From contig NC_134025.1 of NCBI RefSeq assembly GCF_964204645.1, positions 20,373,101 to 20,437,100 of the forward strand: 64,000 nt of DNA. Reading direction: 5' to 3'. The notes under the pieces are model-generated. The model had not been told where the DNA came from. It ran no database searches and saw nothing but the letters and a program-made list of their open reading frames with translations. Shown piece after piece: positions 50,801 to 59,800 of this stretch; position 1 is the stretch's first letter; every line of letters starts with the position of its first letter. This DNA is from Tubulanus polymorphus. Taxonomy: Eukaryota > Animalia > Nemertea. The position numbers and the translations under genes were made by a program.

Positions 50801-53800
50801 TGTGTTCTTTTAGGCCGGAGCTTCAGAAACATTATGGTTATCAATGAGCCTAAGATAATTCACCATAGATATATACGTTACCTGCCTGTACTTTATATTG
50901 ATTTTTACTCCAACGGTTTTAATTGTAAAAATTTTAGAGTTTAATAAAGTTCTATTGTATTTTATTATATTATATTGTACATGACACCGACACTCATCCG
51001 ACTTCAATGGCTAATTGAAGAAATTGATGATAATTGAGAGATGCCTAAAGAAGAAATGTATATACCTATTTCGCAGTTCGCACCAATCCATCCCGGTTTG
51101 CAAGTGCATACGTAATAGCCATTCAGTTCTACGCATGTCCCTCCATTTTGACAAGGATCCGAAGAACACGCATGAAATGCTGCCAATTTTGAAAACCACA
51201 ACGAAAATTTATTAACGAAATAAGAATGAAACAAGAATTCTAGAAAGATATCTTTTCCTGATAAAGAAGTATTTACCTATTTCACAGTTTGTCCCGGTAA
51301 AACCTTCAGGACACGCGCACACGTATTCCGATATCTTCGAATGACTACAAATACCTCCGTTTACGCACGGTTTATGCGTGCCGCAGTAATTCAGATCTGC
51401 AATTAGAAAATATGAAAACTGAAACGCATACCGTGGAATATCGAGAAGGGTAATGATAGCTAAGAATTATATATGAAATAAAGTAATTCAATGCAAAAAA
51501 TAATCCATGGTTGTGTGAAAATACAGGTTGGTGGTGAAAATGGGTTATCTGGAAGATTTTCAGGATACATCCTACTCCGGTTTTCAATTGTTTCCAAAGG
51601 AATGAGTGTGCGAAAGCAAATAACAAGAGGGCAGTCTGATTATCATTACAGTTAACTAGTGAACAGAAACCATGGTTACAATGGTTACTTCAATAGTCGC
51701 TATGGCATTTATCCATCGATTAACTTTTTTTTATCTTGTGAGCAACGATCTTGTATCTTGATTTGGAGGAGTTCAGAACTGTGGACCTGGGGTCAGATTT
51801 TGGCAGCGCTGCACATGCCAAACCTAAATTTCCCTGTATATCATACCCTGTAGAAGAACGGGTGGGGACACTTTAGTTTTGACTTTGATCATTTGTGAAA
51901 CAATACATCAGCATTCCTTTACTTATCAATAGCCGCTATCACACGGAGAAGATTTGGCCCGCGCCAAATTGGCACCGATCAGGCTCGGGCCAAATTTGGC
52001 CGTGCCTAATTAGAGAGCGCGTTCACACGTAAACCATTCACTCGATACTCAACGAAGCGAAGTGGATCATTTCCGGTGCCAGTTGCAATTCAAACGCAAT
52101 CATTTGCCTGGTGCTAAAATTAGGCTCGGGCCTGGTCCGACGTTTTTGGTTGGGCCAAATTTGGCCCGAGCCTAATTGGCACCCGTGTGAACAGTTGTTC
52201 CAGGCCCATACAAATATATATATAAAACCAAACTACTACAGTTAATTTCTCCCCTTCTATCAATTCATTATAAAGTTGCTTTAAAAAACTTACTCCGGCG
52301 AAATTATGAACAATCCAAAACTGATTCCTCATGGTATTACTATTTATTACTATTCTTGATATTCAGCTATTCATAAGTAAATGCTCTATTACTAATGTCT
52401 TCGTATAAACATGTCATGTTTCATTTCATCCATCTCATGTATCATCATGTTAATCATTTTTGTTTTTGTTTTTTGGGTACACTTCCCCCGCGCGCTGAAC
52501 GTAACCTGGGTTCCGGCCAATTCGCGAATGAATCAGACGCGAAAACCTTGCGTCTTCATATCAGAAAAAGCCATACATCAAATATCCATTAAGATTTTTA
52601 AGCCGAAAGCTTGTTCGGATTAAAAGCCGCTGCGAATCAAATTCCGTAAATTGTTTGCACAACCGTCTCGTGCGGTCGAGGTTTTAATTACTGAAAAAGG
52701 CTATACGATATGTGACAATTAGCTATCGAAATTCCGCTGTTTGTTATGGCTGGATAACAAAGCTAATACGTCGGCTCAGAGTCACTCTAATTGACGACGG
52801 ATAAAATGCGGACTGGTTTTTAGCGAGGGCTGATTAAACGGGGTCCGTAACTACGATAACACAATAATCCGTAACCGACTGACAGGCCGGTAACGTTCGG
52901 GATAAATCTGGCCAGCGAATTCGATTCGCGGGCAGCAAATCTTGCTCGAAAATTATTCCGCCGCGTAAATCTGGCTCTTTATCAGAATCGAGAGAAAAAG
53001 TCAATCAAATTGAAGTCTTTGATGTTTCGAGCCAGCTTTTAATGCTCGTGCAGTTATTAGCTTGATGTAGGAACGTTAATCAGATTTACTCATCTGTTTC
53101 CCTCAGTTGAAATTTGATACCCGAATGGGTTGTTAGAAACTTTGCGACATTACAGTCTTCATTAAGATAAACACCTACTAGAAAACTAGTAGTAAAAAGA
53201 AGCACATCTGGCAAGTACATTTGCATGAAGGGAATTCATGAAAAACTGATTGTTATACTAGTGCAGGGGTTGGGCCGAAGATCGAGCTATAAGCTAAGAT
53301 GCAGTTCTCCTAAAACTCGGCTTAGATAAGAAATTATGCTCAGTAAAAATCCTTTATAACGCTACTGTTGGGACTGATGGCAAAATATGGCATCGTAATG
53401 AATTTTGGCGACACAAAGAATGATGTTTTCATTGAATTTGAGTTTGATTGAGCAAATTTGTTCTTTGAAAAATGATGGCGTTAAGTGAGCAGTGGATGGC
53501 GTTATGATGGACTTAGACTGTAGTTTCAGCAAGTGATACGTTCTTTCGTTTCAAAAATGGGCCAATTTTTGGGAATTGCAATGCCTAACACGGTGGCGTT
53601 ATAAGTGCAGCGACTGCTGCGGCTAAAGCGAGTGCAATAATTTACTAAATAACGTTTTTTTTTCTTTGAATATCATCTTCTTGATATGATTAAAGTGCCT
53701 TTGTCACTGGATTGTCTGGTCCCCTAGTCACACCTCAGCCCTACACTAGGCATGGGTATATTTCACTAATATCTACCAAAAAGTGCTTGAGAGGTCAATA

Positions 53801-56800
53801 GCGCGAACAATATCAACCATCTCAGTACATTTCCACGATTGTTACTAGTCAATACTATTGGGCAACTGTTCATTTTTATGGCTAATTGGCTCCATTTTCA
53901 TGATTTTGATTTTGAAAGACATGAATAGAAATAAGAAATGTTAAATAATATTGGAAAGTGAATGAATGAGTTTTTGTTTTTTAACAGTCCTCAAAAGTAT
54001 TTGGTTTTTTAAACCGAAAAACAACTGAAATGAATGGAAATTTGACCTTTACCTCTATTGTCAAAATCTTTATTTGACCCACCTACAGAACCTGCCAAAA
54101 TCGGAAATAATGCGTTAAATGAGCTTTCGTTTTTGGAACTCAGCATCAAATTGATCGGGTTTTTTATAACTGCGAGATATCCAGCAGTCTTCGCATCCTG
54201 GGCCATTGTGAAAATTCAATACCGCGCAACATAATCAATTAAAACTAACAGGATCGCCGGCTACAATGCTAAAAAAACTGACAGATGGCCACATCACTCA
54301 AGAAAACCTCAGATAGGCCACTTAGGGTCAGATTCGCTCGAAGAAATATGGCTAAAATCTAAGACGAAAAAGACATTATGACTGAGTATGAAATTATAAT
54401 GCAGCCTGAATGAGAATCGCTGCCCAGGGCGATATATCAAAACGGAACTTAAATTTCTTATAAGTTTCAGCGTACTGCAGCCAACATCCGGGGGCCAAAA
54501 AGGTTTCATTATCATTGATAGAACCATAACCACACTCAAACGTGGTGAACGGATAATAAGATAAAACCTGACGATGATCTCTAGGGTGAGATCGAAACGT
54601 CGTGTCTTTTATATATTTTTGATTGAATAAATAAATTCTGGTTTTTAAATTCTTTTATTTCATTATCATTATTAGGGCCCGATGAAATGCATCACCGAGA
54701 CAGAGTTTGGATATAGAGGTTTTTTTTTTAATCGAAACGTAACTCTCCAAATGCGACTGTAGCAATTGAATTAGCATGTGCGCCTATGGTTAAAGTGTTT
54801 CACGTGTCGCGTATTTATGAAAGCGAAATAAAATTGCGCACACTCAATAATGGCCCATTAACCATAGTGCGCCCGTATGGGCTACCGAGGACACCGCGTG
54901 TGTTCGCACAGCAAGGTATTATTGACCATATGCTGGTCGCTTATGAATCGTTACAATAATAGTAGTTTCCCTATAAATCTACTAAATACCCGAAAACGAT
55001 GCACCGATATATTGCTGCTCACGCGCATCGTTTTAACCGACTTGGTCATTATTGATTTTTCATGGATAAATCATCCATACAGGTCATTATATTCAACAAA
55101 AGTTCAGTCATTATATTCAACAAAATTTGTCACCAGCCACTCATTCATCGCTGTGTAACACCTGGCAATAACAACCAGTCAGAGGAGGTTGTTTGTAAAA
55201 TGAAATGGTTCGGGGTTGATATCCTATTTGAATAAAGAACATTCGGATCGAAGTACAACGACCGTTTGCAGCTCGGGAGTTAAATCAAATTGCCTGATGA
55301 ATCCAATTGAATGTTATCAGGATTCTACGAGTAATTTTGCCTTGTATTGAGAAATATGGCGGTGATACCCCCCCCCCCCCCCCCGTCATTAAAAACAAAA
55401 AACATAAAATTATATTGCAACTGAATTGGCACCGGTCAAGCCCGAGTCAAATTTGGCCCGTGTCACAGAGGGTGTTCACATGCAAACCACTCACTTGATA
55501 CTAAACAATGCTTAAACAAAGTGAAGCGAGACACTTATTGTAATTGTTTGACCCATCCTAAAACTTGCTTTGGGCCTGGTCCGACATTTTCATCAGGCCA
55601 AACAGGCACGCACCTATTCGGCACCCGTGTGAACAGTTGTTTCGGGCCTAATTTGGCACGGGGCAAAAATGCTCGTGCGATCGCCGCTTAGATTTCTGGT
55701 ACTACTGCAACAGCTTTTATTAGCCACACACATGATATCTAGTTACTTATCCCAGGCAATACTAGCTACTACTACAACTACTACCACTACTACTATACTA
55801 CCACCACTAAGATCAGGGCGATAGATACGCTCACGGAAAGACATCCAGGGTCGGGATACGAGAAGAATTACTACAGCAACTCGTGGAGCGCTTCCGCGAA
55901 TCGTATCAAGCTTACTCACTCATTGGCTGATGATAGTGATATTTGCTTAACGGGTAATAGACGAGCCGTGGTGGTTGGCGCCGTAATACGTACAACCCGG
56001 CAGCGAGGCCTACTTTCCGAAGTGAAAAAAATCAAATATCGAATGCATAATTCGATGAAGACGAAAACGTACAAAGACGAATTTTAATCTACGCGTTCGT
56101 CGTCGTGAAAAAGAACGCGCCACTTCAATTATCATCGTCGATGTCGCGTCGGACGGAACTTAGAGAACTCGTTTCGTAAAAACGGAATCGAATCCAACCG
56201 ACGATCATTGAAAAGAACGAAAAGCGGCGAAAAGATGGAAAAAGAACGACAACGAACACGAGAAATCTTCCGCGCATCCATCGCGCACCGACCGGTATTG
56301 TTGTTAGGAAATTCGAAAAGTAAATCGTCCGGAAATCTTTTGATAGACTAAACTTATGTTATGAAGTGGTGTATAATCTGCGACACACGTTCGTCCGCTC
56401 GGGCGCCTCGTGCCCGTTCGCCCCGCGATGAAAACCAATTGCCAACACGTGCCCAATATAATACCGATATAATACATGATCCGGTTTTAATACTTCCGGG
56501 GTGAGCTATATCGTACACACTTTTGTGTCGCACCGATTATACGCAAATCGCGTGTTAAGGCTTCGCAATAGACGGTAATGACTGATTTTGCGTTTCGGTT
56601 ACTACCCATAGCCGCGCGATCGCTTGGACCACAAATTGGCATGGATCAGGCTCAAGTCAAATTTGGCCCGAGCCTAATTAGAGAACGTGTTTACGCGTAA
56701 ACCACTCGTTCGATAGTAAACAATGCTTTAACAGGGAGAAGTGGGACACTTCTGGAACCATTGGCAATTCGCACGCAATTAAGGGTGGATCCAGGAGGCA

Positions 56801-59800
56801 CTAGTCCCCCATTAAATTGAGCTGCCCTCAAAATTCTTAAGGAAAATTTTTTTGTCATTTCATGAAGAAATATGAATTATTCCCCCATGACCGCTAACAA
56901 ATAGCCATCAAATAGCCTTGGAAAACACCAAAATTTCAAAATTTTGTTGGGGAGGGCGGCAAGTCCCCCTTTGATGGCTTTGCACCTTTGGCGCTCGCCA
57001 CGTTGGTGAGCCCTTCACGATTACTTATATGCTTTGCAGATAAAAATTGCAGCTATTCACAAGATCACTTTACGATCGTGTTGACAAAATTTGCTGCGTA
57101 TCTGCGGATGGGCCGGACGTCCGAAGAAACAGCAGGGAAATATACCTCCCCGTCGTATAAATAAATCACTTCTTTTGTTCGACGCCATCGTAAATTTCAC
57201 TTTTCATTAAATCCGTTTTAACAATTTCGTCGATGCATGTCTTGCGATTGTTTGCTCGCCACTACGGCGAATACCTTATCGCCAGTAACCTCAAGAGTCC
57301 GTAGCAGCCCCATCTGCCACTACACGAAACGCGCTTTCATCAGCAATTACGGCGGTTCGCATTTCGCGACGATGCGCATCTTTATTGTGAACTTCTCTTT
57401 CGAATTTTAAATCCGAACATTCTTCCTCGTAGAGAAGATTATTTCGGAGGACACCCATGCATTTAACATTCGGATATCGGAGCGCGACGTCGTAGTAATA
57501 ATTGTCGTAGTAATAATTGTCGATGCTCCTCGTAGACTTTGCTCAGTGTAATGATCGCTGCTACTTCAAGCAGAAATTAATACACATCAAGCGAGAAACC
57601 GTAGTCAATGATTCTCGATTCAGGATTATCATTATCTTCAGGGCTGGAATCTCAGTCGCAGGGGGAAAGGGTCAAACCGAGTTAAAATAGAAACTTCACC
57701 ACATACCATCTGTTCACTTGAAACGGAACTAGCGTTCAGTTTCATCTCGTCATCGGTTTATTTGAGTACGTTTCAGTTCTCGGCGCGGCTAGGTTATCAT
57801 GCGCGGACCCCGGCAAAATACGTACCGCATATCAATGATAAAAAACATAGTCACGGTGATGACAATGAGAGCAAATCTATCTAGGAGCAATTCTGTTCCG
57901 GTCTTGATACTAGTCAACATTTCATGGAAAAAATAACTTAGACTTCAGAAATTATACGAAGAAAATCTAACCAGTTTCGATTTCAAAGTCATGAAATTGT
58001 GACGAGTCCCTAAATTCTAAATGGAATCATAAACCTCCTGTCAGTACATATGACATCAATTCATATAAACGATCCTATAATCGATATGTACAATGACAAG
58101 AATGTAGCTGACCTGGCTGTACTTTCAAGTCTAGACATGTGACATGTGTTACTATATTAGTTTGATCATTGATAACAACAAGGTACCGACCATCTGTGGA
58201 GGTGGGTTGATTGTCTGTTTCAGCGCTGACCAATTAAAAAACGAATATAAAAAAAAAAAAAATGGTGGATCCCGGGCAACATCTGAAGGTCTTGAGGAGA
58301 GAATCCCACAATGATAATAAAAAGTCCGAAAAAGAAACTTCGAGATAGTAGTTTATTTCAACGTTTCGACTATATCCTAATAGTCATCTTCAGGAATAAT
58401 GAAATCCTACAGAAATTATGAGATATATATACAATCCAGAGACAAAGAGACTAATTCAAGTAATCAGAGATGATACAAACTAAAGGAAAATTAACGTAGA
58501 AACAGTTACACGCTAAAATAGATTAAAGGGAAGCAAACTAAGGGGTGATTATAAACAACAATAGTGAGTATAAATATAAATGAAACTTAAAGTCAGTAGT
58601 AAAAAGAAAGACGGTTTGAATTTTTCTCTTCCTCATCAAGATATACATGTTTTAGACTTTGTCACCCAATTGGAATATCGCAAATCATCTCCGAACAGTT
58701 TGGACTATAACTTTATATTCATGAATCTACAGGCTATTTGCGATCAACTCAACAGGAACCTCTTTGAATATCTACCTCGTCGATTTCGGCTCGCCCTCCA
58801 AGAACTACGGAAGTTAAAGACTATTAAAATATCTAAGGCTGATAAAGGTGGCAAGATTGTGATTTTAGATCTGGATAATTATAATGTTAAAATGCAATCT
58901 CTCTTGGATAATCCTGGTGTTTATAAGAAACTTAAATCGAATCCTCTTCCTCGTATGCAAGCTAATTTCAACAGAAGTCTTTCGGATATTATTAAACGTT
59001 TCCCCTCCGCTAAAGAAACTCTGAATAAGTTCCATTCACGTCTTTCCTCTTTACCATATATCTATGGATTGCCTAAAATTCATAAAGATAATGTTCCACT
59101 GCGCCCTATAGTCTCCAATTGTAATTCTCCTACATACCGGTTATCTAAATTTCTCGCGAAACAGTTATCTCCGGTGCTCGGTTCGTTCTCTCTGTCGCAC
59201 CTTCGCCATAATCAACACTTACTTGAACGTATTAAGAATATTATCCCTGGCAACGACAAATTTATATCATTTGATGTTACTTCCCTTTTTACCAATGTTC
59301 CTCTTGGACCTACTCTTGATTTCTTAAAACGCAGATTACCATCACTTAACATTAACTTCGGCATTCCTACGGATTGTATCATCGACCTTATCTCTATTTG
59401 TACCACGGACTCCTTTTTTGAATTCAACAATTGTTTTTACGAACAGACATTCGGTATCGCTATGGGAAATCCTCTTAGTCCTATTCTAGCTAATTTATTC
59501 CTAGAACATGTTGAATCTGAAATATTGCCTCTTTACACTGATATTCACCCTAAAATCTGGCTCAGATATGTTTACGATGTTCTGGCTTTGGTTCCCTTTG
59601 ACTTCAATGTTGATAACTTTCTTATATATTTAAACTCCCTTTACCCGTCTCTGGCTTTTACGTATGAATGGGAATCTAATAGTAAAATACCTTTTCTGGA
59701 TGTTTTGATTTTTAACTGTGGATCCTTTTTGAAATTCGCGGTTTATAGGAAACCTACCAACGCTGAATCCTACCTCCATTACTTCTCTTTTACTTCTCCG

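Noticed and set aside
55830-55915. Signal-peptide-like frame (VAVVILLVS) ending at a phase-1 donor in the jagged intron
   Set aside because: An in-frame TGA immediately upstream and no usable ATG before the hydrophobic stretch.
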